DNA of 64,000 nt from Candidatus Eiseniibacteriota bacterium (lineage in GTDB: Bacteria > Orphanbacterota > Orphanbacteria > Orphanbacterales > Orphanbacteraceae): NCBI GenBank assembly GCA_043809585.1, contig JBDROZ010000073.1, positions 42,343 through 106,342 of the forward strand. Reading direction: 5' to 3'. The position numbers and the translations under genes are program-made. Under the pieces are notes generated by a model. The model made no database searches, had not been told where the DNA came from, and saw nothing but the letters and a program-made list of their open reading frames with translations. Below, one piece after another: positions 19,101 to 26,482 of this stretch (the stretch's first letter is position 1; every line of letters starts with the position of its first letter).

Positions 19101-19405
19101 CGGAGGGCGACCCCGAGGAGCCTCTCCGCTTCGCGCTCCACCCGAACCGGCCGAATCCGTTTCGGGGGGCCACCACGATCCGGTTCAGCGTCCCCGCCCC
19201 CGGCGGCGACGTCCGGCTCTCGGTCTACAATCTCCGCGGGGAAGAGGTCGCTATCCTCAGGCAGGGGGAGGCGGGCGCGGGCGTCCACGCCATCGAGTGG
19301 GACGGAAGAGACCGGCGGGGACGGCCCCTCGCCCCCGGCCTCTACTTCGTCCGTTTCGTCGCGGACCCCATGGCGTCGACGAAGAAGATCGTGCTTCTGC
19401 CCTAG
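13106..19405 (+). CDS. ~2100-aa secreted protein: putative glycoside hydrolase TIM barrel, tandem Ig-like domains, dockerin-like pair, FlgD-Ig C-terminus
   Basis: Signal peptide MSRHLILAAL; HPEWLLRD, DGIMIDD, NGRYHEGF; repeated GAP..V.PESVTV units; DLSGDLRVGLAD/ADVDGDG; PNRPNPF..WDGRD..GLYF. Confidence 0.85.
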   Translation: MSRHLILAALAVLIALPSGTSARRRPPDVYPLLYQPMKSRLEKSDFALMARYDVVEVGWWGIEEASGNLDSLRAIRTRNPDLVVLSTTTSTMQCVNWATDEVYNKYAWAETLDAHPEWLLRDVDGDLFLLAGVEETCDGGRLNYYHPEAARAFARFLAEATVLYLPDDLDGIMIDDLQANIYYYNGWGALRAPGVDSLDLNQDGIADTKEQIDGWWSAGVDTFLVAFREVSGPDVIVIVNGYVPEEAFPYMNGRYHEGFPWEHGDDWDVTMLDAYKGFLGGDTLYSDVPHRFAGLLTNNASPGYNYDPDHLSTKEAPFPHVMFPRFLNWTLSSFLLGEGWYAMTGWGNSVDWNGERIQMQYQTLWWFPVYDTLKSYLGTPVEDYVYYDTGDHLERYEREFTGGRVRSYRIHRKGIFDLRPRPSLRRDPPAVVAAGETVRIAWDSFDPNGENQPLDVILLLSDDGGTTFPETLGTFASADTSHGWVATGPPREVVFRVAATDTSDLTGFTTSPPVTIAPPLPSLSGVAEVKPTFWIANTPALLCTLFASTSVDSGADGWNRAKIVLPADVQLLSFAGAERDGLPLPATATVSGDTVTIDPEGAIGGDAVVGLRLLVSAPALPLEDSLRFAVSVDDTLTPGGAANLPAGDGNGIPGDGDVLTVACDFGPPVALDMVPEAIMVSAGDTTRFETTGLDAAGNAFEVTPLWSVTDTLGTVDDEGLFRAIRPGSLSVVAEFAGLMASAPVSILPGAPHEVVVQPESVTVSVEEDSVRFTARVYDGLGNLVDSATPVWSVEDTIARVDGPGLVVPLHPGETGVTAEAGGVTGRAALRIEPGAPATIVIEPDSVTVTTNTDSVRFTATVYDAFGNPFGGASISWAVEDTIARLDGPGLVIPLYPGATGVTAELSGITARAGIRILSGSAVSVAIVPESVTVTPNVESVSFSARAYDVLHYTVRGAVFSWTVEDTIVRLDGPGVVAPLAEGRTGVAAETDSASARAGILVESGAPVSVIVEPESVTVTADADSVRFTATAYDVLGHAAPGAEFSWTVEETLAVLLGPGLVAPRYAGEATVAAEAGGVEASAALRIEPGAPASIVVEPESVSVTTDTGPVEFAAFVYDALGNLVPSAEPAWAVEDTIAIMDGPGIVIPLRPGETGVTAAVNGVTARAGIRIGEGAPYAIVIEPDSAAVTTDADSVRFTAFVYDALGNPLESAEPVWAVEDTIALLDGPGLVSPRRPGETGVTAAWSAVVGRAGLRVDPGAPATVAIAPQNAVLTESDTLRFHHNARDRYGNLLSTEVAWSLSGGIGVIDEAGLFTAGAPGEGFAVVTAGEAEASAHVVVLDAPVTAAFLAPAGAVIDADSALQFQYRGITSVGDTMILNASWSILGGGGSIDEDGLYLPGPAGEFSVVASKYEFTDTASVAVLPGAPRSIEIEPPAAEIAAGGSLAVTARVEDAHGNLVSETAPIRAEGLCEGPVDGLFTCTQAGDAMLVAEHGGLADTAAVTIVPGPPAHLAVQPASAELFIGETLFVSSSVSDGYGNPLDTAAAWEIEGGSFDSGRFVPGGPGPASLVARLGPLADTCAVTVRRRPPASITVSPGSASLVVGGTFDFQAFVADEAGSPLDTAVAWEATGETGTVSDGRFTATGAGEGRVIARLGSLADSAEVIVTDTSAPPPPVPGVVSVHAFKRTVPGSEWLDPLALSGAYHGEGDDTLEAPGPESLTVILRPLGDGVASCVPELRFPVVRALPDTFSIPLAGLGGLGGCGLVEVALEVPGGAEPRADTIRFGSPDLSGDLRVGLADVAAFLAAWNGAEASNCADVDGDGALGRSDLAVIEGAFDLGCGAEPAGVPFDRGIPNWYSFADAVCDDSAAGDDSVAARFLLEPAGIESLRALEITFPSPGGGAVEWSPTPIWTAPRVTELPSAEGEVRVLLTEEAGLLLPRGSDLVEVRICGMSGEEFTGSLSKVRVVGAGYEASAALDVPILLLLDTEDTTGGRPDTTEGDPEEPLRFALHPNRPNPFRGATTIRFSVPAPGGDVRLSVYNLRGEEVAILRQGEAGAGVHAIEWDGRDRRGRPLAPGLYFVRFVADPMASTKKIVLLP
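15347..16876 (+). repeat. Six tandem 255-bp (85-aa) Ig-like repeat units
   Basis: Units start at about 15347, 15602, 15857, 16112, 16367, 16622, each with W.VEDTI..DGPG. Confidence 0.85.
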
Positions 19406-19479
19406 CCTGCGCCGCCCACCCGCTCCCGCGGCCTTGGCGCCCCGCGGGCCATGCCCCGGAAACAGCGCGGAAACGAGGA

Positions 19480-20289
19480 TCAGTACTGCCCGAGGGTTCC
19501 GTCCCGCCGGGCCCGGCGGATGGCGAACCGCGCGGCCAGCCATCCGAGGAGGAGGGAGAAGACCGTGAAGAGGGCCCGCGCGCCCAGCTCCCTCTTCAGA
19601 TCGCCGAGTCCCTTCCCCGAGAGCAGCGCCATCCGCATCCCTTCGAGAGAGTAGGTGAGGGGGATCACGCAGGCCGCCTTTTGGAGCCACCCCGGCAGGA
19701 TCGCCACCGGGTAGTAGACACCCCCGAGGAGCCGGGAGAGGGACGTGAACAACCAGTTCACGGGGTTCCCCCTCTTCAGCACCAGGATGAAGCTCGCCGC
19801 GAGAACCCCGAGGCTGGAGAAGGCGACCACCGTGAGGGCGAGAAAGAGAAGGGCCGCTCCGTAGTTCGGATTCCGGAGTTCGAGCCCGAAAAAGAGGAGG
19901 CCGAGCAGAAGGTAGATCACGATCTGGAACGATGCCCAGAGAAAGCTCCAGAGAGAGGAGGAGAGAAGGTACGTGGAGAAGCGTGTCGGCGTCGCGAGGA
20001 CGGCCTCGAGGGTGCCGAGCACCTGCTCGTCCCGGATCCGGTTGGAAAAGGAGTTCAGGCCCGTAGAGAGATAATTCGAGACCGCCACCCCGATGAGGAC
20101 GAAGGAGAAGTAGTCCCCGCCGTACGATTCGAGATGGGGATTCATGGTCGTGTCGATGAGTCGGGAGAGAAAATAGAAGAGGGTGAGCGTGAATCCGATG
20201 CCGAACACCTGCAGGAGGAAGGCGAGCCGGTAACTCGTCGCCACCTGCAGGTCCTTGTGGAGAAAGGCGAGGGGTTTCTCGAAGCTCAC
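19480..20289 (-). CDS. ABC-2 type exporter permease
   Basis: Six TM helices, GTLEAVLATP, YYPVAILPGWLQ..PLTY. Confidence 0.92.
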   Translation of the reverse strand: MSFEKPLAFLHKDLQVATSYRLAFLLQVFGIGFTLTLFYFLSRLIDTTMNPHLESYGGDYFSFVLIGVAVSNYLSTGLNSFSNRIRDEQVLGTLEAVLATPTRFSTYLLSSSLWSFLWASFQIVIYLLLGLLFFGLELRNPNYGAALLFLALTVVAFSSLGVLAASFILVLKRGNPVNWLFTSLSRLLGGVYYPVAILPGWLQKAACVIPLTYSLEGMRMALLSGKGLGDLKRELGARALFTVFSLLLGWLAARFAIRRARRDGTLGQY

Positions 20290-21293
20290 TCGTCCCCCCC
20301 CGCGTACCTCTTGTAAAGCTCCTCCAGCGATCCCCGGCGCACCTCGAGGCGCCGGACCGGTCCGCAGCGATCCAACAGTGCCGGGAGAAAGGCGGAGAGA
20401 TCGAAGGAACGCTCGTCCACGCGAACGCGGCCCCGTCCGCGGGCCTCGTCATCACCCGACACCACGACCTCCAAGACCCCGGCCAGCGTCTCGAGGGCCC
20501 CCTTCCATCCGGGCCGATGTTCCGCGAACTCCACCTCGATCTCCCGGGGAATGTGGAACCGGTCGAGGACTTCGTCCGGCGGCCCGTCGGCGAGGAGTTC
20601 CCCCTTGTGAAGAAAGAGCAGACGATCCGCGACCTTCTCGACCGCGCCGAGATCGTGGCTCGCGAGGAGGATCGCCCGGCCTTCCTCTCCCGCCAGCCGG
20701 CGGAGCCTCCCGAGGAAGCGGGATGCCGTGTAGGGGTCGAGTCCGCGGGTCGGCTCGTCGAGGAGAAGCACGGGCCGGGCGCCGAGCAGAGACCGGGCGA
20801 CGCCGAGTTTCTGCCGGGTCCCCGTCGAGTAGGTCATGAACCGGTCGTCGATCTCACCGATGCCGAGAAGGTCGGCGCCGTCGTCGATCTCCTCCTCCAG
20901 GCGGGCGCGGGGGACGCCGAGGAGGCGGCCGAAGAATCGGAGGTTCTGCCGTCCGGTCAGACGGTAGTAGAAGCTCCGCTCCTCGCTCATGCAGATCCCG
21001 ATGTGCGCCCGGGTCTCCAGGGAATGACGCTCCACGTCCCGCCCTCTGATGAACGCAATCCCCTCGGTGGGGAGCACCAGCGAGGCGAGGATCTTGAGGA
21101 GCGTCGATTTTCCCGAGCCGTTCGGGCCGAGAAGCGCGACGATTTCCCCTCCCCGAAGATCGAAGCGGACCTGGTGAAGGGCCCGGATCGTCTCCTTGCG
21201 GAAGGGCCGGCGGACCGAAGCGCCGAGACTCCTCCGGAGGGGATACCGCTTCGAAACTCCTTCCACGCGGAGAGCGGCGCCCCGGCCCTTCAC
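20286..21293 (-). CDS. ABC exporter ATP-binding subunit
   Basis: GPNGSGKST, YSTGTRQK signature, LLLDEPTRGLD, SH switch. Confidence 0.95.
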   Translation of the reverse strand: MKGRGAALRVEGVSKRYPLRRSLGASVRRPFRKETIRALHQVRFDLRGGEIVALLGPNGSGKSTLLKILASLVLPTEGIAFIRGRDVERHSLETRAHIGICMSEERSFYYRLTGRQNLRFFGRLLGVPRARLEEEIDDGADLLGIGEIDDRFMTYSTGTRQKLGVARSLLGARPVLLLDEPTRGLDPYTASRFLGRLRRLAGEEGRAILLASHDLGAVEKVADRLLFLHKGELLADGPPDEVLDRFHIPREIEVEFAEHRPGWKGALETLAGVLEVVVSGDDEARGRGRVRVDERSFDLSAFLPALLDRCGPVRRLEVRRGSLEELYKRYAGGDE

Positions 21294-22480
21294 GGCCGGG
21301 CCCGGAAGCGCGAGAGGAGGAGGTGGGCGGCGAGGTCGGTGAGTGAGGCAAGACCGGCGAAGAATCGTCTCACCCGGCCGGAGGCCCGGTCCGGCCCCTC
21401 TTCGCTGAAGAACATCTTCGCCCGGAAGTCTTCGTCAGGAAAGAGAAGTCGCCCCATGAACGATCCGGGGCTCCGACCCCCGAAGTGGTAACCGTTCCAG
21501 AGACGGAGTCGGATCTCCCGGCTCGCCCCCACCCCGAAGAAATCTCTCCCCCGGAAGCGCGAGGCGAACCGCCGGACCCATCCGTTCCCGGCGACCCCCG
21601 GGAACGCCCCTTCTTCCCCCCAGAACCGTTCGAGAAGATAAAGAGAAGCGGCGACCTCCCGGGGAATGCCCCACGATTCGCCGCGCCGGAGAATTTCCCC
21701 GGCCGGCGTCACGCGGCGGAGGCGCCGAGCCATGCGCTCGAGATCGACCATCCGCTTGAGCGAGGCGAACTGGGCCATGCGGAGACTCGCGCAGAGGTGA
21801 GCGACCTCGTCCAGCGGGGAGAGCACGCGAACCGGAATCCCCCGATGTTCGTAGGATCCCGCTTCCCGGAAGAGGGCTTCCGTGTCGACCGCGAGTCCTT
21901 CGGGGTGGGGAAGCAGATTCCAGTGGAGTTCGACCACGTCCACGCCGAGCCCCCGCCGGGCGTAGACGACATGGAAATGGTGGCGCCGGTAGTAGGCGCG
22001 GGAGTGAATCCCCTCGAAGAGCGTGTATCCGAGCCCCGTGAGTGTCCGCTCCGCCCCGGTCAGGTACTCGAAGGGAACGAGGAGATCGAGGTCCCTCGTC
22101 TCCCGGAGCGATTCCTCGGCGTAGAATCTGCCGGCGAAGCAGAGCCCCTTCAGAACGATCGACGGGATGCGGGAGTCGTCGAAGGCGGAAAGAACCTGGC
22201 GGAGTTCCCTCTCCTTCAAGAGGGACCGGGCCACCGTCTTCTCCCCCTCCGCCGTGATTCGCCGCGCGAGCCCCTCGGGAACCAGTTCGGCGAAGGAGGA
22301 GCCGGGGCCGAAACGGTGGGCGACCACCGGCACGACGCGGGAGGTGAAGAGGATCTCCTCGAAGTAATCCCAGTCGAACCACTCATTCTCGCGCCGGATC
22401 CGTTCGAGCGTCAGACGGTCCGGATCCCCCCGGAGGAGCTCCCGGAGGAACGCGATCTCCCCGTCCAAACGAAACCCCAC
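21290..22480 (-). CDS. Nucleotidyltransferase family protein (NTP_transf_5 type, RiPP-associated)
   Basis: LKG..FY....R.T.DLDLLV, VELHW. Confidence 0.88.
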   Translation of the reverse strand: MGFRLDGEIAFLRELLRGDPDRLTLERIRRENEWFDWDYFEEILFTSRVVPVVAHRFGPGSSFAELVPEGLARRITAEGEKTVARSLLKERELRQVLSAFDDSRIPSIVLKGLCFAGRFYAEESLRETRDLDLLVPFEYLTGAERTLTGLGYTLFEGIHSRAYYRRHHFHVVYARRGLGVDVVELHWNLLPHPEGLAVDTEALFREAGSYEHRGIPVRVLSPLDEVAHLCASLRMAQFASLKRMVDLERMARRLRRVTPAGEILRRGESWGIPREVAASLYLLERFWGEEGAFPGVAGNGWVRRFASRFRGRDFFGVGASREIRLRLWNGYHFGGRSPGSFMGRLLFPDEDFRAKMFFSEEGPDRASGRVRRFFAGLASLTDLAAHLLLSRFRARP

Positions 22481-22502
22481 GGCACGGCTCCTTCCCGGAG
22501 GA

Positions 22503-22967
22503 TCAGTCGGCGCGAGGGAGGGTGAACACGCAGGTATAGCCCCGCCAACTCTCCTCGTTCTCGAGAAAGGGAGTCCCGTCCACCGCGAGCCAGGAGTGAC
22601 CCCGCAGGTCTCCCTCCCCCCGGCTGACGCCGAAGCAGATGCTCACTTCGATCCCGCTCTTACGGAGAAGATGGGCCAACAGCAGGGAGCGGCGCAAGCA
22701 CGTTCTGCGGAACGGGAACCACGGGGACCGGAGAAGTTTCTCGGCGAGGGCGTGGGAAATGGCGGCCCATTCGAGGTCCGCCTCCCGGACCGCGCCCGGA
22801 GGGGCCGGCGGATGAAACGTCTCGACGCGGCGGAAAGGAAGGAGGACGAAGATGCGAAAGGCGGCGCCCACCCCCTCGAGGAGGAACTTCAAGTTGCGAG
22901 AGCGCAGAAGGACGCGGGACGGGAGCGGTCTCTCGAGGATCGTTTTTTCCAGTTCTTCCGAATCCAC
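22503..22967 (-). CDS. Lasso peptide B2 leader peptidase (transglutaminase-like)
   Basis: TCLRRSLLL..L...G....ICFGV......GHSWL.VDG. Confidence 0.88.
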   Translation of the reverse strand: MDSEELEKTILERPLPSRVLLRSRNLKFLLEGVGAAFRIFVLLPFRRVETFHPPAPPGAVREADLEWAAISHALAEKLLRSPWFPFRRTCLRRSLLLAHLLRKSGIEVSICFGVSRGEGDLRGHSWLAVDGTPFLENEESWRGYTCVFTLPRAD

Positions 22968-22997
22968 CCGTTCCTCCGAACCGCCGGCGACCGACGC

Positions 22998-23963
22998 TCA
23001 GGAGACCTCGGCCATGAACCGCTCGATCCGGTAAGGGAGGCGCCGAAGGTCGCGCCCGAAGAGAAGGCGGTGGCTCCGGACTTGGCCCACCAGATCCCTC
23101 AGGAGGGAGATGTGCTCCTCCACCCGATCCCGGTCGGCGGGAAGAACCGATTGGGGGAGGAGCCGAACCATCGCCTCGTGGGGCGAGAGGGATTCGAATT
23201 CGCTCCGGTCCGAATCGTGAATCTCAGGGAACAAGAGAAGCTCGGGCCGAACGCCCGAAATCCGGCCGGGGGGGGGCAGGAGATCCTCTCCGAGAAGGAA
23301 CTTGCGGCCCTTCTGCACGAGGCGCCCTTTCCACTCGGGAAAGTAGGCCGCCGTTCCCCGGCCGACCTTGACCGGTTCGGGGAAGGGATCGAGGAGAACC
23401 TCCCCGCCGGCGCGGGTCAGGAACAGCGTGTCGTCGGAAGCGAAAGGACAGCCCGCGGCGATCGCCGCGAGGGCGGCGGTCGACTTGCCGACGCCGCTCG
23501 ACCCGCACACCACCACGCCCCGGCCGCCGACGCGGAAGCACGACCCGTGCAGGGGGAACCGGCCTCGGTCCCGGAGCCACTCGAGGAGGGGGATGAAGAA
23601 GAGGCGGTGGCCCACGACCCATCCATCCTCGAGGTGGTCGGGATGGACGTAGCCTTCCACCCGCCCCGACGGGAGGTCGTAACGGGCGGCCGACTTCTCT
23701 TCCACGGCCACCCAACTTTCCCCCGCCCGGCCGTAGAGAGTGAAATCCCCGCACGCCGACTCGGCCTTCCGTTCCCACCCCGCGAAGTCGGGTACGGGAT
23801 CTCCGTCGCCGCGCACCCGGAGGTCGAAGGAAAGATCGGGAGAATCGTCGAAGGGGTCCCGAACCAGGAGGAACGCCGCCTCGAGAACACCCTCCCGAAT
23901 CCGATCCCCGCCGCAGAGAACCCGGATCCGGTGTCCTAGGAGTTCGAGAAAAAGCGTGTCCAT
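22998..23963 (-). CDS. HPr-kinase-like peptide kinase
   Basis: PLHGSC..GSSGVGKST..ASDD. Confidence 0.85.
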   Translation of the reverse strand: MDTLFLELLGHRIRVLCGGDRIREGVLEAAFLLVRDPFDDSPDLSFDLRVRGDGDPVPDFAGWERKAESACGDFTLYGRAGESWVAVEEKSAARYDLPSGRVEGYVHPDHLEDGWVVGHRLFFIPLLEWLRDRGRFPLHGSCFRVGGRGVVVCGSSGVGKSTAALAAIAAGCPFASDDTLFLTRAGGEVLLDPFPEPVKVGRGTAAYFPEWKGRLVQKGRKFLLGEDLLPPPGRISGVRPELLLFPEIHDSDRSEFESLSPHEAMVRLLPQSVLPADRDRVEEHISLLRDLVGQVRSHRLLFGRDLRRLPYRIERFMAEVS

Positions 23964-23973
23964 AACGATCCGA

Positions 23974-24258
23974 TCAGGAGGCGACGGATACGATCAGACC
24001 TTGCTCCTGCAGGCGGCCCGCGAGTTCGATGCAATCCTGCAGGGCCGTGCCCTCGTCCACGTCGAATTGCTCCACCACGCGGCGCGCGATCTCCGCCAGG
24101 CTTCGCTCCCCGTCGATCTGTCCCCAGATGAACTGTCCGGTCTTGTTCAGGCTGAAGTAATAGCCGCTCTCGAGATCCACCAGAATCCCTTTGCCGTCAA
24201 TGGTCCTCCAGGGCACGTTCGGAGAACGTTTCACCACCGTAGAAGCTTGAAGCGTCAC
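23974..24258 (-). CDS. PqqD-family RiPP recognition element (lasso B1/E)
   Basis: YYFSLNKTGQFIW..IDG..SLAEI......FDVD....QD....L.EQGLI; GTG start after GAGGA. Confidence 0.92.
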   Translation of the reverse strand: MTLQASTVVKRSPNVPWRTIDGKGILVDLESGYYFSLNKTGQFIWGQIDGERSLAEIARRVVEQFDVDEGTALQDCIELAGRLQEQGLIVSVAS

Positions 24259-24327
24259 AGGCGTTTCCTCTTCGCCGCTCCGCCCCCCCCCTTGTCGGGG
24301 GACGGCCCGAGCCGCGTGATTCACGAG

Positions 24328-24366
24328 AAAAAAGCGGGGGAGCCCCGTAGGCCCGGTCTCCCCCGC
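24328..24366 (-). terminator. Intra-operon terminator/stabilising hairpin between precursor and RRE
   Basis: 9-bp stem GCGGGGGAG/CTCCCCCGC followed by T6 on the minus strand. Confidence 0.7.
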
Positions 24367-24394
24367 GCTTCGCCTTCCATCCCGGAACCGTTCG

Positions 24395-24544
24395 TTACGA
24401 ACCCCCGCCGCCGGTCGGGTGATGATCATCGCCCACGAAGAGTTCGCGCCGGGAAAGAAGCGTGATGTCCTTCAGCGTGCCGTGCCTTACGAGCTCCGGC
24501 TTTTCGTAGAAGCGGTGCTCCTGTCGCTGCTCTCGGTTCTCCAA
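24395..24544 (-). CDS. Lasso-type RiPP precursor peptide, 49 aa: MENREQRQEHRFYEKPELVRHGTLKDITL-LSRRELFVGDDHHPTGGGGS
   Basis: TTG start 6 nt after AGGAGG; YxxPxLxxxGxxxxxT leader motif; directly upstream of the RRE; too short for the ORF track. Confidence 0.9.
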   Translation of the reverse strand: MENREQRQEHRFYEKPELVRHGTLKDITLLSRRELFVGDDHHPTGGGGS

Positions 24545-24699
24545 GACGCACCTCCTAGGGGTTCACCCGGTCCGGCGGGGCAGGAACCCCGAAGAGGCCG
24601 GGAGGAACCTCTCTCTGCCGCGGAACCTCCGGTAGAGGGGCAAGACCGACGCGGCGGTCGGACCGTCCCGGGCTTCGCGGCTCATCTCATTCCGAGGGC

Positions 24700-24728
24700 A
24701 GTCTACTTCGCCCCCTTCCGACTGTCAA
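24700..24728 (-). promoter_or_regulatory. Sigma-70-type promoter of the RiPP operon
   Basis: TTGACA-N17-TAGACT. Confidence 0.72.
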
Positions 24729-24774
24729 TCCCATTTATTCGATTAGAGGCTGTATCTAGTTGAGAAACAGTCGG

Positions 24775-25356
24775 CTATAGCGTTTCAAAGGCAAATGGAT
24801 CCGATCCCTCGGGCCCACCGGCCCGGACCGCATACCAGTAGAAGGCGGCCACGACCAGCGCGTGAGCAATCTCTCCCTCCCGGATCATCCGCCACACCTC
24901 CGCCTCCCGCACCCGGAAGACCTCGATCTCTTCCCCCGGATCGAGCCGCTGGGGGCCGCGGAGAACGGCGTTTTCGGCGAGGTAGGTGAAACAACGGTTC
25001 GTCTGGAACGCCGGGTTCGGCTCCACTGTTCCGATGTGCACCAGCCGTTCCGCTTCGTATCCCGTCTCCTCGCCCAGTTCCCGGCCGGCCGCCTCCGCGC
25101 CGTCCCGGTCGGCCCGGTCGATTCCCCCCCCGGGGATTTCAATCGTGTAGGCCCCTGTCCCGTGACGGTACTGGCGAATGAGCACGATCTCCCCCTCGGG
25201 CGTGACGGGCACGACGTTCACCCAGTCGTTGCTCTCGAGGACGGTCCACTCCTTCTCGAATCCGGTTTCGGGGGAGACGGACCGGTCGAGCCGTAGCGTG
25301 AAGATCGAAAAGTCCCCGGCGGGACGGGTTTCCGTGGTCTTCCAATCCCGTTTCAT
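24775..25356 (-). CDS. Nudix hydrolase (ADP-ribose pyrophosphatase-like)
   Basis: LIRQYRHG..EIPGGGID..AAGRELGEETGY; LDPGEEI. Confidence 0.92.
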   Translation of the reverse strand: MKRDWKTTETRPAGDFSIFTLRLDRSVSPETGFEKEWTVLESNDWVNVVPVTPEGEIVLIRQYRHGTGAYTIEIPGGGIDRADRDGAEAAGRELGEETGYEAERLVHIGTVEPNPAFQTNRCFTYLAENAVLRGPQRLDPGEEIEVFRVREAEVWRMIREGEIAHALVVAAFYWYAVRAGGPEGSDPFAFETL

Positions 25357-25730
25357 CGTTCCCCTCTTCCCCTGGAACGGGTCTCCCAACCTCCCTTCCT
25401 CCGCGATCGACCGCAAGGCCACAGGGCGGCGTCCTCGGGCAAGACGTCCGATCGGCCTTCGTGGGCCTCCTCCGGGCGTTCTCACCCTCGACCTCGCCGG
25501 CCGGCCATTCGCACGATCTGGCCACGAAGGAAGTCATGAAACCGACTCGGAGGTTTTTCGAATTATAGTCGCGCCCCAGGAACCGGGCAAGGAGGTCGCA
25601 ATTGACTTCTGCTCCCCCGGCGATGTAATGTGATGGAGCGTCGACGACTATCGGGGCGTAGTGAAATTGCCCGCGGCGCCCCTCGGTTCCACACCCCGGT
25701 CCGTCCCGGACCGGCAGCACCGGGATCATC

Positions 25731-26480
25731 ATGGAATTCTATCCCGAAGACAGCGGTCTCCCTTCCTACCTGATCGTTCCCGTCAGGGAGAGCGAGAGGA
25801 TCCGCCTCCTCCACGATGACGAAGATCCTCTTTGGAAGAAGGATCGGATCCTCGCCTTCGACGACTGGGAGGAAGCGGCCGCGTTCACACGCCGGCGGTG
25901 GCGGAAGAAGGTTCACTTCCTCCTCGTCGACGGCGCGGCCTTGGACGAAGGCCGGTTCCGCCTCCGCCGCGACAACGGCCTCCTCTGGATCGACGGGGCG
26001 GTCCCCCGACGTTACGTCCTCAACATCGACATTCCGACGCGCCGGCAGATCAGCGCCGGCGGAGTCCTTCGATTTGACGGCGCGGGCACCCCCCGTCTCG
26101 CCCTCATCCAGGTGGAACGGAACGGCGTCCTCCGGTGGGAATTGCCGAAGGGCAAACTTCGCCGTCGCGAATCGTCGACCCGAGCGGCGGAACGGGAGGT
26201 GAGGGAAGAAACGGGCATCGACGTCCCCCTCGAGGTGGGGAAGGCGATCGGCCGCGTGAATTACACGTTCCAGGCGAACGACGGGCGCCTGTATTACAAG
26301 ACGGTGCGCTATTTTCTCCTCCGCGCCCGGGGCGAGGGTGATCTCCGGCCCCGGGACGAGGAAGGGATCGTGGACGCCCGCTGGTTCCCTCACGAGAACG
26401 CCTGCGAAATCGTCTCCTTTCCCAATCTCCGTCCCATCCTCCGGCGGGCTTCCGCCGCGCCGGTGGACGCGGGAAAATAA
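25731..26480 (+). CDS. Nudix hydrolase with N-terminal degenerate KptA/Tpt1-like domain
   Basis: SAGGV, WELPKGK..E....AAEREVREETG; N-terminal ~100 aa resembles the KptA C-terminal domain by eye. Confidence 0.85.
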   Translation: MEFYPEDSGLPSYLIVPVRESERIRLLHDDEDPLWKKDRILAFDDWEEAAAFTRRRWRKKVHFLLVDGAALDEGRFRLRRDNGLLWIDGAVPRRYVLNIDIPTRRQISAGGVLRFDGAGTPRLALIQVERNGVLRWELPKGKLRRRESSTRAAEREVREETGIDVPLEVGKAIGRVNYTFQANDGRLYYKTVRYFLLRARGEGDLRPRDEEGIVDARWFPHENACEIVSFPNLRPILRRASAAPVDAGK

Positions 26481-26482
26481 CC

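Noticed and set aside
12992-20455. Very long minus-strand ORFs (988 and 1490 aa), and similar ones at 54644-63163 on +
   Set aside because: Antisense shadows of real high-GC genes; Arg/Gly/Pro-rich with no motifs
23974-24429. 151-aa version of the PqqD ORF from the track
   Set aside because: The extension crosses a terminator and the precursor's 3' end; GTG 24258 with an SD gives a normal-sized RRE
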